Source: Chiloscyllium plagiosum
Lineage: Eukaryota
Length of the DNA: 64,000 nucleotides
Direction: 5' to 3'
Assembly: GCF_004010195.1 (NCBI RefSeq)
Contig: NC_057756.1
Location: 1,402,672 to 1,466,671 of the forward strand
Of this stretch, positions 63,557 to 64,000 are shown in pieces. Numbering within the stretch: position 1 is the stretch's first letter; each line of letters opens with the position of its first letter. Under the pieces are notes generated by a model. That model had not been told where the DNA came from. It ran no database searches and saw nothing but the letters and a program-made list of their open reading frames with translations. The translations under genes were made by a program, and so were the position numbers.

Positions 63557-64000
63557 GAAATTGTTGCTAAATGTTGTGACAAAGCCTGTCGAAAATCCTT
63601 TTTTTACATAATAAGTTGCTGTTTCACACCACCCTCTGGGACATTTATTTATCAAATAGCCACCAAGTTGCAAAATGCAATTGATAAAATGAGATAAAAA
63701 TATAATGTCTGCCCAATGAAGGGATTAATAATTTGACTAATTATTAACTCTAGAGGAAACAAATACGCAATGGTCAAAAGTCCGACACAGATGAAAAGTG
63801 AAATGGAAAAGTTTGTTTGAAATGCAACAGAGCCGTGGCTTTGTTCAGCAGCAGCAAATAAGATGAAATGGGAAAACAGTCAAAGCTGTTGTCGGTGTCT
63901 AAATACTGATCTTGATAAAGGTGCACTATCGTTTGCATATACATTTACATTGGCTTCCGTATTGTCTGGTATTACCATTATATGCAAACTTCACAAATCA

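Noticed and set aside
1..64000. CRISPR array, operon or other prokaryotic system
   Set aside because: No regularly spaced repeats and no dense intact ORFs; content is vertebrate intronic DNA

Overview
Eukaryotic, AT-rich, repeat-dense genomic DNA from a cartilaginous fish, inferred from many HE1/V-SINE-type SINEs and CR1/HER1-like LINEs. There is no prokaryotic content. Most ORF-track entries are decayed transposon pieces or noise: about 15 CR1 fragments, about 10 SINEs, Penelope-like GIY-YIG elements and their fold-back derivatives carrying hammerhead-ribozyme-like cores, and several Gmr1-type Ty3/Gypsy LTR elements with the unusual PR-INT-RT-RH order. The main result is invisible to the ORF track. 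The whole window appears to lie inside a minus-strand gene built from micro-exons. I found 13 short exons (one of 18 nt, eight of 27 nt, four of 36 nt), plus one doubtful 24-nt exon, between 58990 and 6577. All have AG/GT boundaries and are phase 1-1. They splice into one stop-free 378-nt frame (126 codons): xKKLNK-EIDKLNRDCKDF-NEKLRVKSK-EIDKLNATVEDM-EATLRQKQK-EISKLKANLEEQ-NGRIGQKVK-ELERKLESK-DEALMLANT-EIKALSEKLKQL-ETAIHDEEK-DLKLKCSID-DEELREKDA. This reads as a coiled coil built by exon-module duplication (36+27 nt = 3 heptads, then 36+27+27+27 nt units). I did not find the gene's start or end in the window and cannot name it. Transposon boundaries are approximate and were read by eye.
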